A DNA stretch of 64,000 nucleotides from Takakia lepidozioides (GCA_030704615.1 CM060731.1:39246001-39310000); one strand, 5' to 3'; numbered from the stretch's first letter, positions 13,370 to 27,703 are shown. The notes: generated by a model not told the origin, from the sequence alone. A program made the numbers and translations.

Positions 13370-16300
13370 GCGTGTTCTTTGTTTATGACGTGTTCTTTGC
13401 TATCTATGACTTGACACAAGATTGCAGAAATAGCAACATCAGATGCATCAGTTTGCAATTTGAAAGGAAGCAGAAAATCAGGAAAGATGAGGATAGGGGC
13501 AGAGGTGAGGGCCACTTTTAGCCTATCAAAGGCTGCTTGTTGCAGCTTGGTCCACTCAAATTGGGCCTCCTTGAGTAACAGCTTGGTGAGGGGATGAGCA
13601 AGCTTGGCAAAGTCCTTAACAAATCGCTTGTAATAGGAAGCAAGACCCATGAATGATTTGACATAATGTTTATCCCTAGGGACAGGAAACGGCCAAACAA
13701 CCTCAATCTTAGCAGGATCAGGCAGCAGGCCATCCCTAGTCAGTACATGACCAAGAAAATGCAACTCATGCATGCAAAGCTCACATTTCTTTGGTTTAAC
13801 CTTTGATCCTGCAGTCCTAAACTTGCTGAACATCCTCTGAAGATCCAGCAGATGAGCCTCAAAGCTAGCAGAATAAACATTAATATCATTTATGTAAATA
13901 AAAACACATTCCCACCTGAGGTTGCCAAGGACAATGTCCATCAACCACTGGAATGTGGATGTTGCAAAGCAAAGCCCAAAGGGCATAGTTTCATACTAAT
14001 ACTTACCCATCCTACAAACAAAAGAGGTTTTCTCTTTGGCTGTCTCAGTGGGGGGCACTTGCCAGAAGCCCGAAGCAAGGTCAAGGGAGGAGAAAACTGT
14101 GGTTCCATGCAGCATGTCTAATGTTTCATTAATTCTAGGCAAGGGGTAAGCATCATTTTTAGTGATTTCATTTAACTTTCTGAAGTCAACATAGAAACGG
14201 GTACTCCCAGCTTTCTTCCAAGACTATGGGACTAGCCCATGGTGAGAACGAAGGTTTAATGACACCAGCATCTAACATATTCTTGTGAATCTCCTCACAC
14301 ACTATTGACCTTTCCTTGACACTTTCTCGATATGCAAATTGTTTGACAGGTGCCCCCTCAATAATAATATCATGCTCCAGGATAGTAGTCTTATCCAAAT
14401 CAGAGGGCCTTAAGCTGAAGATGTCTAAGTTGCGAGCAACCAAGGATTTAACCTTTCTGCACTGAGCTTTGGAAAGAGACTCCCCTATATTAATTTCAGA
14501 TAAAACCTTCTTGAGAGCTTGATCTGCTACAGGCAGATGGGAAGCAGGTGGAGGAGTACTAGCAGCCAAGGCCATGACCTCATCAACCTGTCCATGCACA
14601 ATCCCAAGAGCTCCAAACCAAAGCCCCTTTGGACTTCCTATATATCAGTAATGGGCAAAGTAGAAATGCGAGCCAGAACTTGACTACGCCTGACAGTGAC
14701 AGGGAATGGCTCTGGGTTTGCCACCAGGATCTGAATTTCTTGTTTGTACCCACGATCTAGAACTCCAGCAGCCACAAGACAGTGTTTTAGTGCAGTAAGT
14801 CTCATCCATCCTTCAATTTCAAGATAATGACCCTGAGGACAAATGAAAGCAAGACCAGTCTTGACAATCTTTTGGGTCATGGGGGGAATGACAACATCAA
14901 CATGTGCTCGTATCAAAGTGGTATTTTTAAGCACAGTGACAGGGGCACCAGTTTTCTGGCCCACAGCAGGAACATGCCATTGATACATGTATTGAAGATC
15001 TGGCTTGTATTTATAGAAATCAGACCAATTCATGTCTCCTAAGGAGTGCTGCCTCACCTCACTTACCATGGCTTGCACCCTAGACAATTTTGTCGGGGCG
15101 CATCCAGCTCTCATAGTAGCTGATTCAGGGGCACCACCACCTCATTCCCTTCCCCATTAGAGAGTAATCCCCTAAGTTAATTGTAGCTCTAGCTCCAGAT
15201 ATCAGGTCAAGACCTAGCAGGAACTGAATCTCCCCGATAGTGATTATGCATGTAATAACAACTTCTTTTCTGTGAACCCTTATGGGGACAGTAACCAGCC
15301 CCAGAGGTTCATATCTAGACCCGTCAGCAATAAGGACTTCAAGTCTGGTAGCAGGAACAAGCTTAAGACCGATAACTCTAACTACTTGCAGGGGTATTGC
15401 AGACATGGTGCAGCCCGTGTCTACAACACAAGGGAAACTCAATTCATGCACATGACACTGAGTCATTAGGGGACTGATCTTCTAGATTTCATGTTTCTTG
15501 TTAAATTCGCAATGCAGGGCCTTAAAATGGGTGGATAAGACAGCGCGCAACGAAACCTGAGTAGCAGGGTGAGTCAATTTTTGATCTCTTGCCCCCTGTC
15601 CAAGAGATCGGGTTAGTTTAAAGGACCAGGACCAGCGGCCTTCTTGGCCCTAATCCAATCAGCCACATCATCCTTCTCAGGGCAGAACCTAGTGTAGGGT
15701 TCATGCGAGCCACAAATGTAGCATGCAACACGTTGACTGTCATACCTATCACCCGTCTGGGTGTGACCCCTGTTGGCACCACCCCCTTGTTCATTTTTTT
15801 TGGGCTACCACTCTTTCCTTTGATCACTCACCTTGAAAGCAGCAAATTGAGAGCTACTGAGATCTCCCACCATGTTGGCCAATTGCTGCAGTGGTAAATT
15901 CATCTGCCCTGGCCTTCATAGCAGTCGGGAGATAGGGAGTAGCTGTAGCAGGCACATGATCATATTCATAACTCATGAAGGGAGCCTGAACAGTGAAATC
16001 TAACATGATGTTGCCTTACTTTGTTGTTAGCCAAATCTAACAACCTCAATCTAACCTCCTCTACCATAACATCATTGTTCTTAAATGTGCGACGTTGAGC
16101 CCATGCCTGGATCTCAATAAGCAAACCCATCAAAAGTAGTAGGTCTTGAACATATTATCTCTCTGCCCCACATCTTCAAAGTTTTCTGTTGCTGCCTCTT
16201 TAAGATCCATGTAATATTGCCAGATTGGTTCACCTTCCTTATAAACCCGTGTAGATAGTTTGGCAAATCGGTCTAGGGGCCTCTCAACTGGTTTAAACAA

Positions 16301-17200
16301 CATTCTAGCTTTACAAATTAACACATCCTAGGTCAAGTTAGGCTCATCATCAACCGCAGCATGCAATAAATCTCTAGCCTGTCCCTTCATACTCATTCGA
16401 AACACACCCACACAAAATTGTGCAGGGATACCATTCATCTCAGCGGTTATCTGAAACATACGCAAGTATTGTTCGAATTTATCTCCCATGGAATATTCAA
16501 GGTAGGGGTCCATAGTGGGTTCAGGGGTCCATGGGACTTGGTGATTATGCCCATGGTGGCCACTATGCAAAGGACCATGACCAACACAACAGTTCCCTCG
16601 CTTCAAATTCTGATTACACTGATCATAATACTGGTCCTCGGGCCCTCTCACCTTAGCAGGAACCGACTCAGATTCTGGACGAGCAAGAAGCTGTTGTGAC
16701 TGACTGACTGACAGGCTCGCCTCTCCCATAGTTCGGGAGGAAGGCTGCATGGACAGGTTGCCTGGCCGGGCCATCTCTCCCATGGGACGGGGAAGAGGCT
16801 TGGCCGTTGGCTGTGTGGACCAACTACTCCTAGCCTCAGCCCCACATTCTAAGCTAACTTGATGACTCACTGGCCCTCTAGAACTGGACTGCCCAAAATC
16901 AAACACAGGAGTTGGGTAGTGGGTGGTGTACCTTGGGACACCACACTGTGAATACATTCCAAATTGAGCAGCCATTCCCTCCCCATTTCTTCTATCAAAC
17001 ATAGGGCCCGGCTGCCATGTAGAGCCAGTGGGGCCAGGTGGTGGCCTTGAATTACCAACATCCCCAATAACACCATCTCGAAAGGCTGTTGAATACAAAT
17101 TAGTGCATAGAAGAGGCGAATCAACAACATCCTTCAATCCTAATATTTCATGGCAAGATAGAGAGTCATCAAGCCACAGCATGAGTCACTCCATGCCTAG
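13370..17200 (-). mobile_element. Decayed Ty3/gypsy internal region: gag, protease, dUTPase-like domain, RT, truncated RNase H; no integrase or LTR seen
   Basis: Gag-like ORFs 16130-17182; degenerate Zn knuckle CYICGSHEPYTRFC near 15680-15730; protease VVDTGC (15125-15466); [15 protein letters not shown]; MPFGL...YINDINVY (YIDD mutated); LQTDASD. Multiple stops and frameshifts. Confidence 0.9.
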
Positions 17201-19689
17201 GACTACACAGGCTCATGTTAGAAAAACCTTCTCTGACCTGCCCCGAATCATCACCGGCAGGCTCAGTTCCCATCTCTAAAATGGTGTCCATACCCTGTGA
17301 AGCTCCACGGTCCCTACCTGATCGTAACCACGTGGCAGACATGCAATACGTGAATCAACCAACGTGGGGATACCTTAAGGTAGATGCAGTGCTCGGCGTG
17401 ACGATGTGCCAGACACGGGGAGTAAACACCTTGAGCACCTCGTGCTTGTCAATTGTGTACTCCTAGGTTCGAGACAAAATGTTGTTGACAGGGTACTCTT
17501 CCTAGGCACTCCTGTAGCCTAGGCCGTAAGATGCGCTGAGACTCAAAGCGTTCACCCCCCAAAATCAAAATGTTTGCATGCAGGCCATTAGTATGATCAC
17601 ACGTAAGCCCGTCTAACAAATCAACAGCAGAGGGTCTGAAGGATGACACCTTGTACTAAAAACGAAGAGCTCGTAGCAGCAACGCTCCTGTTCCCCAAAT
17701 GAGTAGGGACAGCCACGCCTCGTCCACCAATCCCGATTTCACGAACGACTCCGGGTAACGCTTGGCAGACAACGAGTAATATAATCCCAGCTCTTCCCAC
17801 GACAATTTAGCGTAGTTGAGAAATCGAGCCTTGATCGTCGTCAATGAGAGCCTGTAAGTATCCCTGAGTCTCAAAAATTCACGAGCGTCCGCCAAAGCTT
17901 GCTCGTGCACACGTACAAGATCCCTACAATCGTCACGATAAACAACCTCCTTGTGCCATGTAGTGTTAAACAAATCTACCTCATGCACTTTAGTTTCAAC
18001 TTTGTCAAACCAGAAGGTATCCTCCTCCACAACCTCACGCAGAGAATTCTCAAAGATAATATTACCCTCAATCTCCCTCTCAATCTCAATGGTTCGCTAT
18101 GTTGTGCCTAAAGAATGGGGATCAAAATAATAACAATTATTATAGTTGTACTTGTCTGGGTCTCCACTCGGCACGTAACCCGATAAGCCAAAGCTCTCTG
18201 TCCTATGCAAGGAGGATTGATGATACTTACTACAGGAAAAAGGGGGGGTTTTCGACGCCGCGGCGTCGTAAAACAGCCCTTTTCGGGCGGGGAAAAATAC
18301 CTTACATGTTTGAATGAAAACCACCATTATGAGGCAAGGAGAGAATGCGGCATCACAACCTATATACCAATACAACACTGGTATCTACTTTTATAACAAA
18401 AAATAAAAATCATTGAACTAAAAATAAAAATAAAAACACTAAAATATATGTAATATTTATTATAGCATATTACATATATATCTTCATATTATATTATGTC
18501 CTCCTCATTCATAACTTATCACCTGCCTTTTGGCAAGGGGCATCGTGGGCTTGAGTAACTTAGAACACCAAGAACTCTAGCAGGTTGGCTAGGGTCTGGG
18601 GGATGTCCCCCCTCAGTAAGCCTTACGCCTCTCATGGTGGTTATTTTTTCCACCGTCTTGTGAATCCTTTTTAATTAATTTGATTAGCAGGGCCTCCTTC
18701 CCCTTTCTTGAAAAAAAAAAAGAAAAAAAAACCCAAGAACCTCTGACACTTAGGATAGGTATAAACACATATTCTCATGTGATCTATGAATAGATGAAAA
18801 TACATAGACATTCAACCACGAATAGAAGACACTGAAAAACATAAGGAGCATGTGCCCCAGCGGGACCTACTCAAGGTATAAGGTACTTCATGCATGCATA
18901 CTAATGTAGTCACTGCTCAAGTCCAACAAAAAAATGAAAAATGAGTGTAACATGTGCCCAATTGGGAACTAAAAACTTTCATGTTCCCATTAAGTCTCAT
19001 GGGAACAACCCATGATATAAGGTTAAGGTCACTTTGGCCAACTTGATGCGTAAGTCCCTACCAGTGTTGGTCTGGTATCAGGTTTAGGACATACCAGACT
19101 GGTCTATTAAATGGTGGTATGAGTATGAGTGAGTATCATGACCACAATACCAGCTGGTATGAGATCAATTCTTCCAAAGCCATCTTGACTTGCCATTGTC
19201 AATGCCCTGCATCAGTGTCTCTGAGATGAGCGGTTGGAATTTGCGAAGACCCAAATTCTCTAGGGACACCACGAGAACCCGTCCTGCTGATGGATCGGTG
19301 GGTGTTGTGCGGTATGATACATCAAGGCACACAGGGATTGTCAGTCGAGCACTTACAGAGATGTGCTTGAAGCAGAAGCAAGGAGCAGGATGTTGTCTTG
19401 ATGTAGATCGACTATGCAACAAGTGTGAAGAAATGGCTTTGACGCGTGAAAGATTGTAGCAGAAGGGAAGCGGCAGGAGATCCAGGTGTTGAGACAGATG
19501 CACCAGTTAATCCTGGATGTCTCTCTGTAGAAGCGAGAAAATTTGCAACTGCATTAACAGCGGGTTCTTTGCGATTGAAGAGGCGGTGTGAAGGCGCTCA
19601 ATTTGATCTCCCTCTTTAGGTTCAGGGCGTGCATTCCGTGGGGCGATGCGGGAAGCACTCACATTGACTTCGTTTCACAGGACAGAATA

Positions 19690-22543
19690 ATGGCAAAGGC
19701 TATGGCTGCCTGCGGCAATTCAGTTGTACGGTTAGCACAAAGTTGGTGGGTGCGGGCCTGCTGTACATGGAGGACTAGAGACGAAAATGCATACACGATA
19801 TTAGGTTTGCAAAAAGACTGTAGTCTCAAAAGCATTCGAGCTGCATTTCGAAAGCTAGCAAAAGCAACACATCCTGACTTGCAGTCAGCATCTGGCGATC
19901 CCGCCATCACTGCCCATTTTGTCCGGGTCTTGGCTGCTTACCAGGCATGCGTCTTTCCTTCTCTTTCTTCCAAAAGTTACGTCTCTAATGTCAAGGTTGG
20001 AGACTTTTTATCCATTGTGCCACGGACATTGAGGTCTCGGTAATTAGAAGAAAGGTTGGTCACGTAACATGCAAAGTTTCAGTCTAAATTTGCTAAGATT
20101 GCTGGGTACGAGTATTACAAAAATGTGTCCTGGGATGTCCGAAAACATAGACAATGGAGACAAAAAATGGCAGGGCTTCAGTGAGGAGAGATCGTATGTG
20201 TTGCATGAGCAGCATAAGGAAATTGCGAATGGAGGGGAGAACTCGTTGCTTACTGTGGCTTAGCAGTTGCAGAGTAGATGTTTTGCTTCATTCGGACAAT
20301 TGCTATGAAGTATGCTGGCATGACAGTGGAACTTTGGCACTCACGAAGTATTTAAGGTGAGGAAGGGATCTTTGTATTTTGCAGCTTGATTTGCAAGGGC
20401 TGGTTGTTTTTATGGAATGCAAAGGGGTGAAGTAGCTGGTGGTCTGCTGTAGATTTTGGCAGATCCTCAAAAGCGTGCCCTCTATGATGCCCAACTTGAA
20501 GGCCAAGCACAAGCTTGTGAAGATCGAAGTGACAAAACCAGTCAACTTGACATAGAAGATACTATGGGCAAAGATATGGAAGTGGTGGAGTGGTTGAAGC
20601 ACTACCGTTCTGTAGTTGCCAAGTGTGTGAACCAGCGTGAGATAGGAGAAGAAACAGGGTTCCACCCACACATAAGAGGGGAGTTGCAGTCAGCTTTAAA
20701 AAAAGCTTATCATGGGCCGCCAGTGTTTGAGAGCCAAGGGATTCCAGACTGTTTTGAAGCAGAGGAGAGAGCTCAACCAGGATTCAAGGATATTCTGCAC
20801 TTGGTTTCTGGTCGTCAGGTCTTTGGCTTTGTTCGTCAGGTGCATCCACCACAGCCTATGCTATTACAAGGCCTACAAGGAGTGCTTCCACTCCACCAAA
20901 CTTGTGCTAGTCGAATCCAATTGAAGGACGATTGTCAAAGGCTTGGAACTACTGCCAAGAGGGAAAAGTTCTCGAGTGTTGCCCCTTCAGCTAACAAAGA
21001 CCAAATTATATGGTCAGAGAATCAGGGTAGAACCATGCAGCATGAAGCAGATGCAGCAGCTTATGGTGACCTGGAGTTGCACTTATTTGGGAAGGTCATT
21101 GCTAGAGCAACCAGATTGCAGCCTCCAGGAGATAATTCCAATGCCATTGAGGCTTCCATACATGACTGCGTGTCTGTCTACTTGGTTCCAGAACACGTAG
21201 ATGCCAGGGTTCAGTTGTGGACACAAACTTCTGCTGCTAACCCTTATCCCAATTATAACTTTTTAGGGGCCATACATGGTCTTGGCACATGCGAATCTGG
21301 ACGAGTGTGTGCCGTGCATGGTCCTGACGGCAAGAGGACTCACAAGATGTTGCAACATAAGACACCACTGGTGGGTAAACCATGTAGATGGTCATCTACT
21401 TCACTTAACTGTGTTTGTCAACAATCAAGTGGTTTCACTCCTTTGGAGAAGAAGCTTTATAAGTCTGCAGAGTCTGCATAACGTCCTGAACTTCTTTCCT
21501 TTTCCTTTCTGGATGGTTAGTTGGCTCACGCCCTAGCGACCTTGAAATATTTTCCTGTTTAATTGTGGACGGTAACAGTGGCCTAGTAGAGGTAAGTTTT
21601 GAATGTGTGATGCTGGGCAGGTGAAGCATTGGCTGTGGTACAAGGAAGGTGGTTGCTGCGAGTGTCGATGCCGTCGTGCTTGCATGCTTCCAAGCAGGTG
21701 CAATAACCAAGCTTGAGGTTTATACACATTTTTCTCTTTAGGCTTGTAGTGTCTCTTGATGTCTATGATCAATTTCCTGCAGATGGAAACCTGAGTAATA
21801 CTCACTGTGGTAGTTCTGTGAAAATATCAATCAGGCCCTGGAGCAGTGTTCAAGATTGAACTTTGCTTTATATTGATCAATAGGTTTATTTGCCGCTTTT
21901 TGGAAGGTTTTGGATTTTTGAGCCCCGCTGTGCCACACACAACGTGGGGGGTTGGTATATTGAAACATTTGGTCCACCAAAACCAGGTCATGTCCCGAGT
22001 AACTACTTGCAGCATAAGCCATGGAGTGGACATTCTAGATTTACAGAAGGCGCTACTTGGAGCTTGAGGCAAGAAGATGGCAGGTGAGTGCCGTGAGTTG
22101 CTTAGTACATGCTTTCCATTCTTACCGTAGGAGTAACGGCTTCAATACACACCTCTCCTTTGCTCTTCAGGAAAGCCTAGGGTATAATTCTGTTGGAGAT
22201 GTTAGATAAAACAGGAAATGTTGACCAACTTGACATGGTGTGCAATCTTGGATGCACGTATGGCCTGATTTTTAACAGCCCCACCACTCTATGTCAGTAG
22301 CAGAACTCTTGTGGGAAAGCCCCCCTGGTATTCTTACATTTGAAGTTACCAATCGGAAAGGGGATGGGGGAAGAGTGCAGGTTACATCCAGCCATGTACA
22401 TTATGGCTGCTGCATACAAGACTCTTGATGAGGAGGCTGCACAAATTCAGAACAAGTCCCTGGTCTCTAAGACAAAGGATATGTGGGATGCTTTACCTTC
22501 TTTTCAAGTGTGGTGGAAGAAGATAAAGTTACATTTCTTATGA
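19690..22543 (+). CDS. DnaJ (J-domain) protein with plant-type C-terminal region
   Basis: Exons 19690-19944, 20453-21370, 21621-21697, 21907-22083, 22381-22543 join in phase. J domain AYTILGL...FRKLAKATHPD...AAYQ|ILADPQKRALYD. The first intron is GC-AG. Confidence 0.88.
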
Positions 22544-25007
22544 TCAGGACCATGTTAGTTTGTCTCTTGATCTGATGCATGTTTCTATGGCTTGGTTGCC
22601 GGCAAGCATAAAAGAGTTTTTCCATTTAGCTTTGAACCCACGGCAGCTTGTGCCCTACCCTGGGTACTTGGTAGGCTGCTAGCAAAAGAGAGTACTTGGT
22701 ACATCCCAGTGGTAAGACATCCTGGCCTGTCGGTCTGGCTTCAAACTTCAAACCCCTGTGAGCTGACTTTCTCTCTCTGCCTTGGGGCTGGGGCTCTTTT
22801 CTTCTTAAAATAAATAATGAAGGGGAATTTCTTTTTGAAAAGCGGTTGTGAGATCTACCTATCGATCTGTTTTTAAGTCAAATTATGAGGGTATTCTACT
22901 TGGGTTGTCTGAATTCTTACCAGTAAAGAATGGCTTCTCTTTTTTTTTCTTTGAAGGAAAGAAAGGGAAACACCTGGGAGCAATAGCTCACAAATCAGGC
23001 CCCTTAATAGTGAGAGGAGAAAATATCCTCATTCACAGTAACCTCGCCATGTCTAGGGGTAGTCTCCTCATGTAAGCCTTCACGGCCTCATGAGTGGTTA
23101 TTTTTCCCACTCCCTCGAACTGTTGTGTTTCTTGGACCTTTTTGTCCATTATTTATAAAATTCTTGAGGCCTCTGTCCCTCTTAAAAGATTAAAACAAAA
23201 AACTCTCACATAAAGGCATCCAAATGGGACACCTCCCAAGGGAAGGGGGAGAAGAACACATGTGTGGTGGTGTGGGTTGAGGGTTGACCACCCATACTTC
23301 ACAGCAATTCCTCACATAAGTGCTTGGGAGTTGGGTTATCTAGATCCTTATTGATAAGAAAAGCTTCTCTTTCTCACATCATGACAAATAAACTTTATTG
23401 GCCCTGCCCGACAGGGTAGGGACTATGCATCAAGATGGGTTGTTGCCATGAGACTTTATGGGAACATGAAAGTTTTTAGTTCCCGTTTGGGCACTGTTAC
23501 ACTCATTTCCTTGTTGGCTCTCTTGTAGAGAGAGACCCGTCGTCGTAAGATACATTACTATTAGCCATAACATAAAACTTCATATCAATAAAACAATGGC
23601 AGGGCTCTGTGTATCTCACGCCTTGTTCTACAATCGGCCATAGATGTTACCTCCTTATATGTTATATCTCTAGTACTGTTATGTTATGTTATGTTATGTT
23701 ATGTTTTTTTTTTTTTTTTTTCTTCGTTTTTTCTACTCTCAACCAATATTTTTACACTAGGAAAGAGTAAAATAAAGTTTGTGTAATGTCCAGTGAATTT
23801 ACAGAGCCTACTTAGAGAATTTACAGAGCCCATAGAGTGAAAGCCCATAGTGAAAGAGTATTATATGTTAAAGTCTTAAGAAAATCCTCCTATCTATGGT
23901 GTTAAAACACCATCTTCAGTTGTTGATGCAACTCCAATTAGTTGGTGGGAATTGGTACTTCATTTGGTAGGTATTCCACATACACACAGGTTCTATCAAA
24001 CTCAAATTTCTTTAAAGGGAGGTGCAAAAGCAAATGTGGTCTCTCTCATCTCAACTGTTATAAGTGCTCTCCATGGTATGTTGTGGGGAGAAATTCTGAT
24101 TCCTCGCAATTCTATTTTCCAAATTTGAAGCCGGTCTACGTACTATAATCCACCTCAAGAGACTAATCATTGATACGTAAAAAATATATAGAATAATATC
24201 ATAGTCATAGAAAAGGAAAGATCGACTAGGTGTTAGTCGAGGTGTTAATCATTAGTGTTAGACGAGGTGTTAGTCTCTTGAAGTGTCACACCCAAATCCA
24301 CTCATCTACGAATCAAATGTAGTTATAGCAGTAGCAGCTTGTGCAATGCAAGGCAACACAAATTGTTCCATAGTTTTCTTCAACAAATTAGAGAGATGTT
24401 CCTTCACAAGTTGCTTATTGGTGGGAAATACCACCTAACCACATTGACGCCTAATTAGGCGCCTCAACCATGGATTCTCTACTACAGACAAGGGCATGTA
24501 GTCCCTAGCAATCATGAGCACTAAATCCTCAATGAAACGGATTTGAGCAGGATTGTCCTTCCTGTAGGGCTTAGCAAATCCAAAAAATGAAGTGATGGCA
24601 GCTAGAATTACCGATTCTCACTTCTCCATAAGGGACCTTGTCAAAATGTTGATGTTGTGGGACTTCTGGCCACAAAGGTCTACTGTGGAGCATGGCACAG
24701 AGCTGGCACGAGTTTCTAAAAGATCCTTCTCAATGGTGGGACAAACGCAATCGCAAACTTTCTTAATTTACGATGTGAAGAAGTTTGTACATCCTGCAAA
24801 TGTGGGCTCTTGCTTTTAGTGTCATGATTTGGTACTTTTCCTGGTGTTTTCAAGGTACTTCGGAGGGTCGTCTTAGGAAGCCGAGTATAAATCTATGGCT
24901 GCTCAGCTGCACAGAAGCAGTCGGAGCTAGTGATAAGTAACAAATCTAGGCTGTGATTTCAGCTGCTAGAAGCAAGGCAAGGATCTATACATGATTTGTG
25001 GAGAGGC

Positions 25008-27703
25008 AGGGATAGCTGAAGGAGCAGGGATAGAGTGTTGGGTCCAGATTTATCCGAGAGGGCCGGATTTCAAGCACAGAATCACCTATGATTCCCTGTG
25101 GATTGATAGCTACAAGAAACCTGCATGGGTAGATGGTCAAATGGAATCAGCAGCAGCAGCCCGGCACAGTCGGTAAAATCAGGCGCCTCAACCATGACCA
25201 CAGCTTCCAATTAAGACGACCACGGGAGGGAGTAACAATTTCTTTCCTGGTACTTCTGGGCATGTGAGGATACTATGTGAGGCAGGGCGACTGAAAGAGG
25301 ATCTACAGACTTTCAACCAAGGAGGCATTTCAGCAGATCCAGACACTTATGTCTGTCTCTTGCATAAGTGCATCAAGATGAAAGGCCTGGAAGCTGGAAA
25401 GCAGGTGCAAACTCACATTATTCAAAGTGGATTCACGCCAAATGTTTTTCTACTCAACACCCTTGTCAACATGTATGTTAAGTGCCGGAGCATCATGGAT
25501 GCTCACCAAGTGTTCAACAGAATGCCTCAACGATCTTTGATCATGTGGAATATAATGTTGGCAGGATTTACCAAGCAGGTATCAGCAAATGATGCGTGAA
25601 GGGGTGAAGCCCAACCACATCACGTTTGCTTGTGCTTGCAATGCGTGTGCAAGCCTGGCAGCCCTGGAAAAGGGCAAAGAGGTCCATGGTGACATCGTCA
25701 AAGCTGGAATTGTACAGATGTCATTCTGAACACTGCCCTGGTGGACATGTATGCCAAATGTTGGTGCATCAAGGATGCAAAGGCAGTTTTCAACAATATG
25801 GCTGAACGAGACGTGGTATCGTGGAGCGCGATGATTGCAGGGTATGCACAGCAGGGATGTGGGGTGGAGGCTTTGGAGACCTATGATCAAATGATGCCGG
25901 AAGGGGTTAAGCCCGACCACATCACGTTTGTTTCTGTTTGCAATGCGTGTGCAAGCCTGGCAGCTCTGGAAAAGGGCAAAGAGATCCATGGTGACATCAT
26001 CCAAGCTGGAATTGTACCAGGGGCGGGGATGGAGGCCTTGGAGACCTGTGAGCAAATGATGGGGGAAGGGGTGAAGTGCAACCACATCACGTTTGTGTGC
26101 GTTTGCAATGCTTGTGCCAGCCTGGCAGCCCTGGAAAAGGGCAAAGAGGTGCATGGTGACATCATCAAAGCTGGAATTGCACCAAATGTCATTCTGGACA
26201 CTGCCCTGGCGGACATGTATGCGAAATGTGGGTGCATTGAGGATGCAAAGGGAGTATTTGACAATATGGCTGAACAAAATGTGGTGTCGTGGAACACGAT
26301 GATCGCAGGATATGCCCGGCCTAGTTGTCATAGGGAGGTCCTGCAACTATTTGAAGGAATGCAAAAGAACGGCTTGAAGCCGGACAGTATCACCTTTATA
26401 TGTCTTCTCTCTGCATGCAGCCACACTGCCCTACTGAATGAAGGAAGACGCTACTTTTTCCCTGAGTCAAGATCATGGTGTCACTCCGACAGTAAAGCAC
26501 TTTTTTCGGCTGCATGGTGGACCTTCTTCAACGCGCGGGACAAGATGAGGCAGTGGACCTGGTGGATCCATGGTGACATTACCAAATGTCGTTCTGAACA
26601 CTGCCCTGATGAAAATACATGCCAAACATGGGAGCATTGAGGATGCAAAGGTAGTGTTCGACAATATGGCTGATAGGCGGGGATAGCTGAAGGAGCACGG
26701 ATACAATGTGGGACCAGATTCATCCAAGAGGGCCGGATTTCAAGCACAAAATTACCTATGATTCCCTGTGGATCGATAGCTACAAGAAACCTGCATAGGT
26801 ACATGATCAATTGGATGCAGCAGTAGCTGCAGCACAGTTGATATAATCAGGTGCCTTGACCATGACCACAACTTCCGAAAGAGGACCAAACAAGGGAGTC
26901 CAGAATGCCTCTTTTGGCACTTCTGGACATGTGAGGATACTATGTGAGGCAGGGCAACTGAAAAAGGCTTTACAGACTTTAAACCAAGGAGACATTTCAG
27001 CATATTCAAATACTTACATCTGTCTCTTGCATAAGTGCTTCAAGATGAAAGGCCTGGAAGTTGGAAAGCAGGTACACACTCATGTTATCCAAAGTGGAAT
27101 AAAAGCCAAACGTGTTTCTACATAACACCCTTGCCACCATGTATGTTAAGAGCGGAGCATAGTGGATGCTGGCCAAGTGTTCAAGAGAATGCCTCAACGA
27201 TGTTTGATCATGTGGAATATAATGATGACAGGATTTACCAAGCATGGGTGTGGTAGGTTTGCAATGCATCTGCAAGCCTAGCAGCACTGGAAAGGGGCAA
27301 AGAGGTCCCTGGTGACATCGTCAAAGCTGGAATCGTACCAGATGTCATTCTGAACACTTCCCTTGTGGACATGTATGCCAAATGTGGGTGCACCGAGGAT
27401 GCAAAGGGAGTGTCCAAAAATATGGCTGAACAAAATGTGGTGTCTTGGAGTGCCATGATTGCAGGATATACCCAGCATGGGTGTAGGATCGAGGCTTTCC
27501 AGACCTAGGAGCAAATAATGCAGGAAGGGATGAAGCCCAACCACATCAAAGTCCTTTGCATTTGCAATGAGTGTGCCAGCCTGGCAGCCCTGGAAAAGAG
27601 AAAAGAGGTCCATGGTGACATCATCAAAGCTGGAATTGTACCAGATGTCATTCTGAACACTACCCTGGGGGTCATGTATGTAACTTCAAATCCTACCTCA
27701 TGA
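25008..27703 (+). pseudogene. Two tandemly duplicated, degenerate PLS-class PPR gene copies
   Basis: P/L/S-type motifs (DMYAKCG..EDA..VF.NMAE.NVVSWNTMIAGYA; GVKPDHITFVSVCNACASLAALEKGKEIHGDII) broken by frameshifts, stops and deletions. The upstream segment beginning gggatagctgaaggagca recurs at about 25008 and 26680. Confidence 0.88.
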
